The notes under the pieces: generated by a model
What the model saw: the letters and a program-made list of their open reading frames with translations, nothing else
Told to the model about the DNA's origin: nothing
Databases searched by the model: none
In this document: positions 44,646-56,438 of the stretch, one piece after another
How positions within the stretch are numbered: the stretch's first letter is position 1
Layout: each line of letters begins with the position of its first letter
Program-made: the position numbers and the translations under genes
Origin: Eledone cirrhosa
Lineage: Eukaryota
NCBI GenBank assembly: GCA_964016885.1
Contig: OZ024745.1
Span: forward strand, 120,032,001-120,096,000
DNA length: 64,000 nt
Direction of reading: 5' to 3'

Positions 44646-46673
44646 GACATATTCTTTGATGGTGCATCTGAAAATACATTCCATTTTTTTGTTGTTGTTG
44701 TTTTTGTTTTCACATAGCTTTCTGGTCAAGCTCTGTTTAATTTTTAGTTTCTTATTGATCACATTAAAATACTTCATTTAGTTTAAGTTGTAGTTTGTGG
44801 AGCGCACATGGGTATGTTTTCTCCCCCACACAAACGGTCCCTGTATAATATAATTTAATATAATATATATATATATGGGGGTTGTGTCTGTGTGCGTGAA
44901 ATAAAAGCAATATAAGCAAAAGAGGACAAGATACGGGAATACGGAGTTTAATATACTTTCATTTATAGCAGGACACTCGATCAATTACATTAAGTTTAAT
45001 ATTTCGCTTTTCCATTACTTTTGGGTGATGTCTTTCTATCTATTTTCTCATGTCGCCAAATCACAATAGAGATAAATCCTTTTCTCTTCTGTCTACATTA
45101 TTGGTCATGCAACAATATATTAGATAAAATCAATAATAATATTCAGAAAAGCCCTATATTAACACATTGAAACAATAGTTCAGCAGTTATAAGTTAGTTT
45201 ATAAGTATCGTAGATAAACAAGAATATACATTTACACAAACTTAAAAGGCTGACTTCTTCCACATCCCTAAGTCTCTGTTACTAATGGCACTTGTAATTG
45301 TGAAACTGATAGCAACACAAATAATAATGCAAAATAGAAAATTAATAATCTTTTCTCATGACAACATTCAGTTGAAGAAATATAACGCAGATATTTTTGG
45401 TGTAGTCATAGAGATCAGACATTCTGCAGACATTTCAACTTAAATCCCAATTTCTTTGTTACGGTCAGTGGAAAAATTTATGGAAGTGACGACCTGTCGA
45501 CAAAATATAAGCGGACAGCAGGCAGATAAAGTTGAGAATAGTTTAACCCTTTAGCATTTAAACCGGCCGTATCCGCTCATAACTCTCTCACCTGTTTGTT
45601 CAAAATGGCCACTCATACTGACGTTAAGGTATTGTTCTCAAAATAAATAACATCAAAATCTCATAGATTCAATATTATGTGAGATAATTATGTAAGGTAA
45701 AGCCTTTACAATGAAAATATAATAGTATATATACAGTAATGCAAATGCTAAATGGTTAATAAAACGATTCAATGGGCTGAACCCCGAAGAAATATTAAGT
45801 AGCAAACTTAATATAGTTATTTTTCTTAATGTAGTATTCAATTGGGGTGGAATTTTACATTCATCATTCGAAGGCCGATAAAATAAAGAACTAGTTGAGT
45901 ACTGGAGCCTATATAATCACCTTTAACCATCCTCCTAATTGCTGGCTTTGTGCCAATGTTAGAAACAATTATATAGTATTTCTATAGAAAAATAATCTAG
46001 AAAAAAATTCTATGCTCACATCTGTGTATCGAAATAGAAAGGAGCAGGTTATCATGGTCGATAAGAAACACATGCAATTAAAATATATTATATAACTGTA
46101 TTGTTTCATTTGTAATATATTAGAAATATTGTACAAATGAATTTGAAAATCACAGGCAAAATATAATGGTGTAAAACGATATGTATTTAATATATGAAAA
46201 TATATGTGCATACATAAACATTGAATTAAATATAATGAATATAATGAAAAGACAGGTAGTTACTTAAAATCCTTTGTTTAATAAACAAAGCTTGTAGAAT
46301 AGCACGCTTTTTTATAACTGGAAAGACGCACACTTAACAAAAGAAACTAATTAAAAGACGAATATATTTTAATATATGTATATTTATATTTATTGCTTTC
46401 TCCTATATGAAAGCATTACATTAGCTTAGAAATAATGAATCCACACACACACACACACATATTCGTGTATATATATATATATATATATGTGTGCGTGTGT
46501 GTGAGTGTGTGTGTAGGTATAAATATATGCATAGCGACCAATGCCAACTTCTTTTTCCGTCTGTAAGGGTCTTCACGTTATTTTATAACTATTTCATAGT
46601 ATCTCTGCAGATGAGCAAATCACTCATTATATCAACATTATCATTATATCAACATTATATATGAATACATGAA

Positions 46674-46862
46674 GGGCGGTGGATTGGCAGTATAGGTAGA
46701 GGGTCGGACGCCATGCTTTCCAGCATGGTTACGTCCCTTTACGATCTGAGTTCAAATCCCGCCGAGGTTGACTTTGCCTTTCATCCTTACGGGGTCGATA
46801 AAATAAAGTACCAGTAATGCACTGGGTAATTGCTGGCCTTGTGCCTAAAGTAGAAACAATTA
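46674..46862 (+). mobile_element. tRNA-derived SINE, full length, with target-site duplication
   Basis: Flanked by ATTATATATGAATACATG on both sides (about 46654-46671 and 46859-46876). Confidence 0.85.
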
Positions 46863-46995
46863 TATATGAATACATGTCCTGATTTTCATTAAATAAACAG
46901 ATATTCATATAGCCCGTCAGTCCAGAAGTTTCTTGACGCTCTTTTATCCAGATGAACCCCTTTGCACCAGTCCATCATCTTCTAGAATCTAGAAC

Positions 46996-47400
46996 ATGAA
47001 GTTCTCAACGGGGGGCATATGCACACCCGGGGGCGTTTTGGAACTCCAAGGGGGCGTCAAGGGGGCGCTAGGGGGGCACTGGAAGGTTCTTTACAATGGT
47101 AAGTTTTATAAACCATATTTGTATGTCTCTGAGACAGCCAGTGTGAATGTATTTGTACATCAGTACATCAATACAGCTCACTGTTCACCTGCCAAACTGT
47201 CAGAGCTAGTGAAAATATATGCTATTTTCAAAATTACACAGTGACTGATCAGCCTGATTTGCATATTAGCAGACTGGCTGATCAGTCAGATCTGCATAGT
47301 AGCAGATCCACTGATCAGCCGGATTTGCATATCAGCAGACTGGCCAGTCAGTTTCCTGTATACGAGCGGTAAATGGCCGGCTTTGCCAATTTCAAATAAA
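46996..47400. mobile_element. Probable hAT left-end fragment with internal ~33-bp repeats
   Basis: CATGAAGTTCTCAACGGGGGC start, G-rich subterminal motifs, repeated CTGATCAG.C.GAT.TGCAT..AGCAGA at 47245-47345. Confidence 0.4.
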
Positions 47401-47532
47401 AAAGAAAATTTCGCTCTACATGGCTGAATACAATAAATGTAATCAGAGTTTTTCGAATATTAATAATAATATTCGATTCGTTTGCAATTATGCAAACATG
47501 CCTCATTTTTAATGAGTGTCTGCAGTTCTGTT

Positions 47533-47953
47533 TACATGGCACAAGGCCAGCAATTACCCAGTGCATTACTGGTAGTTTATTTTATCGACCTCGTAAGGAT
47601 GAAAGGCAAAGTTAACCGCGGCGGGATTTGAAATCAGAATGGTGTGGGCCGTAACTCTATGCGTCAAAGCATGGCGTCCGACCCTCTACCGATGCTGCCA
47701 ATCCACCGCACGAAATAATAATAATAAGAGGACTAGCTACTATCTCGAAGAGTTTTCAAGGATTGTTAAAGAGTGGTGGATTGGCAGTATGGATAGAGGG
47801 TTGGACGCCTTGCTTTCCAGCATAGAGTTACGTCTGAGTTCAAATGCCACCGATGTTAACTTTGCCTTTCATCCTTACGGGGTTGATAAAATAAAGTACC
47901 AGTAATGCATTGGGATAATTGCTGGCCTTGTGCCAAAAGTAGAAACAATTATT
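47533..47953. mobile_element. Two divergently oriented SINEs (47533-47708 minus, 47773-47953 plus)
   Basis: Family core present on opposite strands. Confidence 0.8.
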
Positions 47954-47954
47954 A

Positions 47955-48097
47955 GTCCAGCTCTCCTTTTTGGAATACTTCAGAAGACATGCTTGCTGGG
48001 AACAGCAAGAACCCTCCGATACGTCCTGAATATCTGAGGCTGCAGGTAGCGACTTGATGTTCATTATAACAAACTTTCTATGACCCTGACTACAAGA

Positions 48098-48170
<73 letters not shown>
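47955..48170 (+). mobile_element. R4/Dong-type 3' terminus with (TAA)n tail (48101-48170)
   Basis: Plus strand ILQKTCLLGTARTLRYVLNI* matches the R4/Dong C-terminal motif LQK..LLGTA.ILR.VL. Confidence 0.65.
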
Positions 48171-48172
<2 letters not shown>

Positions 48173-48432
48173 TTTCTTTATTAACCACAAGGGTTTACAT
48201 AAAGTAGACATTAAGGACAGTGCAGGACAATGCAGGACGGTACAAATGGGCATTTCTGCGTGTAAAAAAACAAAAACAGAGGATGTAACAAAAATAACAA
48301 TGAAAATAACAATGAAAAATTCCCCAATAGGGGGGAGACTTCGGAGGGACATTTGTGGAGAAAGCCTAGTAAAAAGCCACAATGACCCTGACCACCAAGG
48401 CAAGTGCCCTCTCCCAGTTTTCCACCTTTAGT

Positions 48433-51400
48433 TTACAGATATATACTCAGAGTCGGCCCATTCACTCGGGCCATTCTTGCTTCTCTCACCCATCTTTCAA
48501 CAAAATGCTGGGAAGAGAGCACTTCCTTCTCTACTCTGATTTTCCTTTTCAAATGAAATTTGAAAAAGTCAATCAGAGCATCACCGAAGAGGTAAGTGCT
48601 CGTCTTCAGCCCTTTCAAACGTGTCCACCATACTATCTCTTTCGCCATGGCCACCAGACAGATAAAAACTGCCTGCCCTTCCCGGCTAAAGGAGGAGGGC
48701 GGGGCAATCCTCACGATAGACTCAGATGATAGCTGGATCCGTCCTAAACGCGACAGCAGGTGTTCGACATAAACCCACAAGTCAGCAATTTTCGGACACT
48801 GGACGAGTGCGTGCAGGACGGTTTCGTCGCCCTGCGCGCATCTCGGACATGCCCGGCTGACGGCACCTCCATGCCTGTAGAGTTTATCCCGAACTGGCAA
48901 GGCTCCTCGGTAGCACTGCCAGGCCAGAGATTTCTGGAAGTTGTCCATAGGCCCTGGCCCGAAAGTTCTTCCGAAGAGATTGGCTAGTTGATTTTCGTCG
49001 ACGCCTAGAGTTTCCCCAAGTACGTCGTCGCTCTTCCCCTCCACTAATCCTCTATAGAACGCCGAGGTGGAGTTTCCACCGATCACATTGCCCGATTGGT
49101 CGAGGGCTGTGAGCGCCTGAAGACATTCCAGTCTCCAGGCGCTCCCTCTCGGTCTTCGCTTGACCCAGGACTGCAGCTCCGTCAAGGAAACGAGCTGGGG
49201 AAAAACGCGTCTAGCAAACGGCGACCACACCTGATCACCGTCGAGGAAGAGGTGGAGATGTCGTAGCCTGAGCGCGTGCCTGCGCATCATCAGCCACGGC
49301 ATGCCCAGCCCTCCACGCAGCGGGTGTTGACAACAGATGGACCGCCTGACCATCGGAGCACGTCCCTTCCACAAAAAGCGAAAGAGCAAACGCTCCAGCG
49401 CAGTCAGGCGAGGCTTAGGACAAGGTACGACGGTTAGGCGGTAGCAGATGACAGACGCGATGTACGCGTTAGCCACCTCCGCTCGACCTTTCAGGGATAG
49501 CTTCCTCTCCGCCCATTTCTGGGTGAGAGAAGCCACCCTGCTCGTCACCTCGTCCCAGTTTTTGTCCGTCTGGAGGTCCGGACCGAACCAGACCCCTAGC
49601 AATTTAACCGGTCCGTCCGTCCAGCGCCCGACGACGCTGTTGGACGGCATGGACCTGCCTCTCCAGGTGCCGAGCTGCAGGCCCACTGACTTTTCCTGGT
49701 TGATCATTGCTCCTGTCACCGCTTCGTATTCTCTTAGTGTAGTGCCGATCGCCTCGATGTGTTTGGCGTTCGACACCACTACAGTGACATCGTCCGCATA
49801 TGCTGACACGGATCTTCCGCATCCTAGTTCGCGCGGGACTCCCCTCAACGTCTCCAGTTTGTGCAGTAATGGCTCGAGAGTCAATACGTACAAGAGGGAC
49901 GAGAGGGGACATCCTTGGCGGACCGAGCGCATGATGTTGAACGGTTCCGACAGGTGACCGTTCACTCTCACCACAGAGCAGATGTCGCTGTGCATGGCAG
50001 CGATCCAGCCTCTGAAGACGGGCCCAAAGCCAGCCGCCCTCAGGACTGCCGCTAGGTAACGATGGTCGACCCTATCGAAAGCTTTCGACTGATCTAAATT
50101 GATCAAGGACCCACCCGTGCCAGGTTCCCTAGCTACCCTCTCTACGATGTATCGCATGAGGTGGAGGTTGTCGTGGATGGATCTGTCGGGAATGGCGCAT
50201 GTCTGCGCCTCTCCCACCAGACCACCAACGACAAGCGCCAACCTCTTTGCTAGCACCTTGGCCAAAATCTTAAACTCTGTGTTTAGCAGAGTTATGGGCC
50301 GGAAATTGTCTATGTTATCCCCCTTGTTCGGATCCTTTCTCAGCAGTGCCACCGCTCCTCGGCTCACAGAACTGGGAATTCTCCCGTTCTGTTGCCAGTT
50401 GCAGTAGACGTCCGCCAAGAGGCCTCCGAACAAGTCTGGCATCTGTACGTAAAGTTCATAGGGCAGACCATCCAAACCAGGCGATTTACCCCTTGTGCAG
50501 CCAGTCATTGCCTCCCGTACTTCAGCGGCTGTTATCGGCTTTTCGCAACACTTCGCCTCAGTGGCCGAGAGCCGCGGCAGTCCGTCGAGGTAGACACTAA
50601 AGTCCATCCCTCTACCCGGCCCCCCGCTGCCCCCGAACAGCTGAGCGAAGTGTCGCTGAAAAGCTTCACACATTTGCCCGGGATCGAGTAGCATGCGCCC
50701 GTCGTGGTCCACCAAAGACCGGATCGTGGCTTTGTTGCCACGACGCGCCTCCGCCACTCGGGCCCATTGAACGGCTTTCGTCCCCTCGTGTCTGAGAGCA
50801 CGCACCCTAGCTCTGACAACGCAGCCTTCGTGCTTTGCATTGAAGAATTGGTCAAGGGCCAATTTCGCCGCAAGCACGTCGGTCGCAATGCCTTTGCTAA
50901 GCGCCTCGTCTAATTTTCTAACTAGTTCTCCCTCTGCTCTATTTTTCTCTATTGCTAAAGCCTTACTAAACCTAATCGATTCTATTTTAATCGCTCTTTT
51001 CAGAGCAAACCACCACTTGTTGTTGACGATGGCCCCCGTCAACGCCCGCTTAACTAGTTCGCTAATCCGGTCTCTGTAGGCCTTGCGCGCTGGTAAGGAC
51101 GCGTTTAGCTTCCAGTAGCCGGGTCCTCGTCTATGAAGCCTATCTAAGTCAAGCACACAGGTCACGAATTTGTGGTCCGTGTAGCTGACTATCTTGAATT
51201 GTGGACAGCCTATGCTAGACCTATCTATTTCCCTACAAAATACTCTATCTAGATATGATCTGGATGACCCTATGCGGTTTGTCCAAGTCCACATTGGCAC
51301 ATTCGGGAAATCCAATCGGTACCTGTCAGACAGTTCAAAACGCCTGAGCAGGTTGGTGAGGCTCTTGCACCCTCCACCCCTATCCGCTAATCCCACACAG

Positions 51401-51852
51401 TCCCAGCGTGCATCTAAGATCCCGTTCCAGTCGCCCACTAACACTAAAGAGCGGGACGTTCCAAGAAAGGTCTCCAGACGCCGGAAGAAATCAGGCCGCC
51501 CTGCTCCTGTCGGGGCATAGACGGCCACTAGCCTGAAAGCTTGCCCGTCTCCGCTGGTCACGTCCAGCACCACCAGCTTACCCTCTGGGTCCAGGAAGAT
51601 GGCCCGTATGGCGAGATCCAAACCTCTCCGAAAAAGTACAGCAACTCCTCCACCGGATCCAGGACGGCTGGGAGATGCGTACACATCGTAGCCGCCGAAG
51701 ATCGGTGCGAAGGCCCGTGCTTCGGAGATTCTGGTCTCGCTGATGGCCACTACATCTATGTTTAGTGACCTGAGGTCGTTGAGCAGGTGACCCTGCTTCC
51801 ATGACGACCCCAAGCCACGCGCATTTATGCTGCCTATTCTGAGTGAGGTCAT
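48433..51852 (-). CDS. Tx1 ORF2: APE endonuclease, reverse transcriptase, C-terminal zinc finger (1139 aa)
   Basis: SINARGL, AISET, VYAP, GDWN, LDR, TDH; SPGLDG, FRPITLLN, DQSKAFDRV, RQGCPLS, AYADD; CPRC..ETVLHALVQC. Confidence 0.97.
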   Translation of the reverse strand: MTSLRIGSINARGLGSSWKQGHLLNDLRSLNIDVVAISETRISEARAFAPIFGGYDVYASPSRPGSGGGVAVLFRRGLDLAIRAIFLDPEGKLVVLDVTSGDGQAFRLVAVYAPTGAGRPDFFRRLETFLGTSRSLVLVGDWNGILDARWDCVGLADRGGGCKSLTNLLRRFELSDRYRLDFPNVPMWTWTNRIGSSRSYLDRVFCREIDRSSIGCPQFKIVSYTDHKFVTCVLDLDRLHRRGPGYWKLNASLPARKAYRDRISELVKRALTGAIVNNKWWFALKRAIKIESIRFSKALAIEKNRAEGELVRKLDEALSKGIATDVLAAKLALDQFFNAKHEGCVVRARVRALRHEGTKAVQWARVAEARRGNKATIRSLVDHDGRMLLDPGQMCEAFQRHFAQLFGGSGGPGRGMDFSVYLDGLPRLSATEAKCCEKPITAAEVREAMTGCTRGKSPGLDGLPYELYVQMPDLFGGLLADVYCNWQQNGRIPSSVSRGAVALLRKDPNKGDNIDNFRPITLLNTEFKILAKVLAKRLALVVGGLVGEAQTCAIPDRSIHDNLHLMRYIVERVAREPGTGGSLINLDQSKAFDRVDHRYLAAVLRAAGFGPVFRGWIAAMHSDICSVVRVNGHLSEPFNIMRSVRQGCPLSSLLYVLTLEPLLHKLETLRGVPRELGCGRSVSAYADDVTVVVSNAKHIEAIGTTLREYEAVTGAMINQEKSVGLQLGTWRGRSMPSNSVVGRWTDGPVKLLGVWFGPDLQTDKNWDEVTSRVASLTQKWAERKLSLKGRAEVANAYIASVICYRLTVVPCPKPRLTALERLLFRFLWKGRAPMVRRSICCQHPLRGGLGMPWLMMRRHALRLRHLHLFLDGDQVWSPFARRVFPQLVSLTELQSWVKRRPRGSAWRLECLQALTALDQSGNVIGGNSTSAFYRGLVEGKSDDVLGETLGVDENQLANLFGRTFGPGPMDNFQKSLAWQCYRGALPVRDKLYRHGGAVSRACPRCAQGDETVLHALVQCPKIADLWVYVEHLLSRLGRIQLSSESIVRIAPPSSFSREGQAVFICLVAMAKEIVWWTRLKGLKTSTYLFGDALIDFFKFHLKRKIRVEKEVLSSQHFVERWVREARMARVNGPTLSIYL

Positions 51853-51887
51853 GTTTAAAATAGAGTGGAAAAGATGGGAAAGACCAC

Positions 51888-53984
51888 TTACCGTATTTTT
51901 GGTAGAGGAGGGATGGTTTTTACATCCCTTTTCACTTGATCGTCTGGTGAAGGGACCGTTGAATCGTCCCTTCGGCTGGTCGTCGGCTCTTCTAAGAGAA
52001 TGTCTGAATATACTCTTCGATTAATGGTTCCTCCTAGGTCCCTGAAATCACCAACTGCGTTGGGGAATTTCGTTTTAATGTTTGTGTATTGTTTCTGTGC
52101 TATTTTTAGCAGTCTTATGTTAGTTGGCGTTTTGATTGGTGCTGGTATTATGTAGTCCTGTTGTGAAATGTCTGTGTGTTCAATTATGTAAGTCATTAGT
52201 TTCTTGTTGTGTGTGTTTATTGCCGTGCATTTGTTTTTCTGGGGGTGGGGTGTGGTTCTGCTATTTTCTTGTCGTTGTTGCTGGGTGTGTGTGTTTTGTT
52301 GTTGTGTTTGCGATGTTGGTGCTTGTGGTGGTGGTGTTGAAGGTGTTGTTGGCGGTGGGGTTGTCGCCGGTGGTGATGGTGGTGCTGGTGTGGGTGGTGA
52401 TGGTGTTGGTGGTGTTGCTGCTGTGGGTCTCTTTGCAGTAGACTTTACCCTTTTCTCATTTCTTTCCTCCCTTTTCAAAGGCGACGATGCGCTGCTTCTG
52501 CGTTTGTGCCTTCTTGAGACCTTTTGCCATCCCTCTCCCACCTCACACTCCATGTCTGATTCTGTAAGGTCGGGGAGGGGTACCAGCTCCACTCTTTCAC
52601 TTGTTGTTGTTGGTGATGTTTGCACTGGAGTCTCTGTTGCAGCTGCATTTGGTATTGCTGTTGTTGTTGTTAATATTTCCACTGCTGCTGCTGTCTTTGA
52701 TTTCCGTGGAGTGGGTATGGGTGCCACGGACCTATCGTTCCTGGTTGCCGCTTGTCCTGTTGCTGGTAGCCGTGGAACCGGATTCGGGAGGAGGGGGGTT
52801 TTCTCCTTTCTCAGGGTCTTCTCGTTGCAGAAGGCCCTGAGGTGAGTCTTCGATCCACAGCGAAAGCATTTCGGGCGTTTGCCCTCAACACTTATGGGCA
52901 GTTGAGTGCCGTTATCGAAGTCTATCACATCCGGGATAGCTTCGATGCACTCCTGGTTGGTTTGGATTAGCATCTCAATGGAGGAGCCGACCCAATCTTC
53001 TCTTACTTTTTTCTGTACTTGCAGTACAGTTGTTTTGTCCTCGATTCCGACGAGGACAGACGCGGCCAGCCAAGAAGGGGTCATTCCGGGGGGGACGTGG
53101 GTCAGTTTGACCCTCACAATTTTTTGCCCGCAGTAGGAGGGCACCAACACCATTTCCTCGCTCCTTAGGGTCACTACTGATTGGGCCTTTGCCTCCTGGG
53201 GTGTGGCAAAAAGTACGTCTACGGTGGCGTATTTTTTGCCTCGGGTGATGTGCGTTTTCCTCTGCCACACAGACCCCAAGGCTTTTTGTATTTGGGCCTC
53301 TGTGGCTCTTTCCACCCTACGGGATTTTGTACTTACTGTACGGTACGTGACCGTACAGTGCTCTTGGGTTTCGAAAAAATTTTTCGCTGCCTTGCAGATT
53401 GCTCGGTGTCCGTTCTTTGTCACCATCTTCTTCGCTTCCTCTAATTCCTCATTTGTTATGAGGATTGTTTCCAGGTTTTTCGCAATACCTGCAAATGAGA
53501 TTGGTTTTTCTCTGCTGTTGTTGTTGTCGTCAGAGCTGCTGGTACTTTTGTTGTTGCTGCAGGTACTACGACTACTGCCTCCGCCGCTGTTGCTGTGGTT
53601 GTTGTTGGTGTTGCTGCTGCTAATGCTGTTGTTGTTTATGCTGCTGGTGATGCTGTTGCGGCTGCTACTGTTGTTTTCATTGTCACTGTTACTGTTGTTA
53701 TTACGGCTGCTACTGCTATTATTCCTGACGTCAGACGAATGAACTGGGTTTTCGTATTTCCCGCACACCTGTTTCGTCGCTGTCGTCGTCGTCGTGGAGA
53801 AACCTTGCACGCTTTGCACGAGACTTTTCTTTTCTTTCGTCGCTTGCGAAAGAGAAGGGAGGGAGAGAGACACATTTAAAGAAGGGAGGGAGAGAGACAA
53901 TCTTCTCTCTGCTGTAGTGATGATTGAGGAAGAAGAAGACGGAATGAGTGGGAGTGACGTATGAAATTTCTTTTTCGTAGCCAT
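51888..53984 (-). CDS. Tx1 ORF1: gag-like nucleic-acid-binding protein with CCHC knuckle
   Basis: First ATG MATKKK at 53984; CFRCGSKTHLRAFC; Asn/Ser-rich and Thr/Pro-rich tracts; homologous to the 10056-10940 fragments. Confidence 0.9.
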   Translation of the reverse strand: MATKKKFHTSLPLIPSSSSSIITTAERRLSLSLPSLNVSLSLPSLSQATKEKKSLVQSVQGFSTTTTTATKQVCGKYENPVHSSDVRNNSSSSRNNNSNSDNENNSSSRNSITSSINNNSISSSNTNNNHSNSGGGSSRSTCSNNKSTSSSDDNNNSREKPISFAGIAKNLETILITNEELEEAKKMVTKNGHRAICKAAKNFFETQEHCTVTYRTVSTKSRRVERATEAQIQKALGSVWQRKTHITRGKKYATVDVLFATPQEAKAQSVVTLRSEEMVLVPSYCGQKIVRVKLTHVPPGMTPSWLAASVLVGIEDKTTVLQVQKKVREDWVGSSIEMLIQTNQECIEAIPDVIDFDNGTQLPISVEGKRPKCFRCGSKTHLRAFCNEKTLRKEKTPLLPNPVPRLPATGQAATRNDRSVAPIPTPRKSKTAAAVEILTTTTAIPNAAATETPVQTSPTTTSERVELVPLPDLTESDMECEVGEGWQKVSRRHKRRSSASSPLKREERNEKRVKSTAKRPTAATPPTPSPPTPAPPSPPATTPPPTTPSTPPPQAPTSQTQQQNTHTQQQRQENSRTTPHPQKNKCTAINTHNKKLMTYIIEHTDISQQDYIIPAPIKTPTNIRLLKIAQKQYTNIKTKFPNAVGDFRDLGGTINRRVYSDILLEEPTTSRRDDSTVPSPDDQVKRDVKTIPPLPKIR

Positions 53985-54215
53985 GTTTTTTTGTTTAAAA
54001 TGAAATTTTGGGTACAAAACCCCAATAACTGGTTATTTAACCCCGAAGGGCCAAATAACGGACAGAAAGACCCCTCTCACGAGGAGGAGGGTGTCTTTAT
54101 CAACAATTTGGTTCAAGTTTTAAACAATTTACAATTGTTTTAACGGTTAAAAATTACTATACCTTACAGAGCCGAGCCTCCGTCAACCATGGCATTCAAT
54201 AATAATAATAATAAT

Positions 54216-54990
54216 GATTTCATTTATTAGCCACAAGGGCCGACATGTAGGGGACAATACAAAGACAGGGACAGTGGGGGTTGACAATAAGGTCGAGTAA
54301 AAGTGCACAATGGCAAGACTAATTTACAATGAAGATATAAAAAATATAACATAAACTATGCATAAATATAACAAAATAAATTCCCCGATAGTGGGTGGAC
54401 GACCCTGGGGTGACTCAGGTACCCTACCAATCCTGAACCACCCTGCGCTTCTAGGGCACCCAGGGAGAGCAGCCCTCTCCTCAAGTTAGCTAGCCTATAG
54501 GCGTATTATTTATATAAGAAAAGAAAAAAGGGACATAGAAACATATATATATATATAAACAATAAAAATGAAAATTGAAACAATGAGAAAATTCCCCAAT
54601 AGGGGGGAAACCTCCGAGGGTTACTCGTGGCGAAAATCACACAAAATACCACGACCACCCTGACCACCAGGGCAAGCGCCCTCTCTCAATTTTTCCATCT
54701 CTCAAACTACAGACGTATATTCAGAGTGGTCCCGTTCACTCGGACCATTCTCGCTACATTCACCCACCTTTCAACAAACTTGCTAGAAGCACTTGCCTCT
54801 CCACCCTGATTTACCTCTTCAAGTGAAACTTGAAAAAGTTAATTAGGGATTCGCCGAAGAGGAAAGTGTCTGTCTTTAAACCTTTCAACCTTGTCCACCA
54901 GGCAGATGAAAACCGCCTGCCCTACCTCCTCGAAGGAAGACTCAGAGACCATCTGCACAATGGACTCAGTTGATAACCAGATCAGTCCTA
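54216..54990 (-). mobile_element. 5'-truncated 3' end of a related Tx1 subfamily, in tandem upstream of the intact copy
   Basis: Homologous to 48171-48750 (FVERWVNVARMVRVNGTTLNIRL); same GAAATC-(ATT)n terminus; longer 3' UTR. Confidence 0.85.
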
Positions 54991-55069
54991 AAATAAAGTA
55001 CCAGTAATGCACTGGATAATTGCTGGCCTTGTGCCTAAAGTAGAAACAATTATTTAAGGTATTTTAGGG

Positions 55070-55283
55070 CAGCGGACTGGCAGTATCGGTAGGGCGTCGG
55101 ACAACATGCTTTGAAGCATAGAGTTATGGCCCTTTACGGTCTGAGTTCAAATCCTGCCGAGGTTAACTTTGCCTTTCATCCTTACAGGGTCGATAAAATA
55201 AAATACCAGTTACGCACTGTTTTCGATTAAATCGACTTTCCCTTCCCCCATATCTGTTGACCTTGTGCCTATATAAGAAACTA
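55070..55283 (+). mobile_element. tRNA-derived SINE (longer 3' variant)
   Basis: Family core plus a CGATT.AATCGACTT segment also seen at 30541-30680. Confidence 0.75.
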
Positions 55284-55579
55284 GTTTTAGTTATTGAATG
55301 TGTTTTAGTTAAGGTATTTTAAACATTTTGCCTGTATATTATATATTGTTTTGTAGCTAAACCATCTTCTTAGGGAGCTGGTTGGTTTCCCTTAAGGGCT
55401 AAACTGTCGCGTTTCGTTTTAGAAACACGACCCCTCATTAAAAAGATGTTGTTTATTTGAGTTTTATTTTATACTTCATGTTTGTGTGTGATGTAGTCTT
55501 TGTTTCTGTGACTCGCTCCACGTGCGATTGGTCGAACGAGATAAACGCTTATAATACATAATACGTAAAAGGAGAGTAA

Positions 55580-55823
55580 GATTTGCTGGCCACTGCCATC
55601 GTGCCACCCCTGAGGCTGTGTGCCCATTAGTGCTTTGGAAATCACAAGCAGTCACTAATAACAGTAATAACAGGGAGACGCAAGCTCTCCTACCCCGATT
55701 GTCATCTCCAGAGATTCTGATATTGAAATCCAGTACCTGGCAACGGCATTGAATGACAGATCCACGTGGAGATCAATTGTTGAGTCGATTTCGGCTGAGG
55801 CCGCCGGATGATGATGATGATGA
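55580..55823 (+). mobile_element. RTE-like LINE 3' end with (GAT)n tail
   Basis: FAGHCHRA..AMNDR..WR-like C-terminal reading (LNDRSTWRSIV) ending GATGATGATGATGA. Confidence 0.55.
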
Positions 55824-56338
55824 CAATACTCAATTACGTGTTGTAATAATCAATAAGTATACGTCGAATATATAGTCGTTGTTTTTGTAAGTGTGTACTC
55901 TGTGTGGTTAATAGAAATCCTTTCCTATGTGTTGTATTTTGCGCACGTGTTTCTAATGTCAACCTTTGATGTCAACCTTTCTAATGCCATCCTTTGATTT
56001 AGATGAATACATTCATCTTCGATTTCTAGTTAAATTTTGGTGCGCGTGTGTGTGAATGTGTGTGCAGCAAACGGTTTAAAGTATCTTACCTGTAGCACGA
56101 AATCGTAAACTTATTTTATCTATAAGATAATTCTAATACGTTAGGACTACGGTGACAATATTTTAACAAACCTTGTGTTTTGTGAGAGTATTGATAGTAG
56201 TATATGTATTACATTCATATATTCATAACAGAGGAAGGGCATCAGTCTAACTATGAATCTACACTCTCAGTAAATTAAATACAGGAGCTGGCATATTGAA
56301 TACTAGAATCTAAAAACACGTCTTTGTAATACATACAT

Positions 56339-56438
<100 letters not shown>

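Larger units (their letters stand above)
48171..54197 (-). mobile_element. Full-length, apparently intact Tx1-clade LINE
   Basis: Two uninterrupted ORFs, 5' UTR ~210 bp, 3' UTR ending AATAAAGAAATC, (ATT)n at both ends. Confidence 0.95.

Noticed and set aside
48382-53879. Plus-strand and alternate-frame ORFs over the Tx1 element
   Set aside because: Shadow frames of a GC-rich coding sequence with no recognisable motifs.
55400-55445. Further hammerhead-like strings here and at 41780-41850
   Set aside because: Core or stems are too degenerate to support a call.
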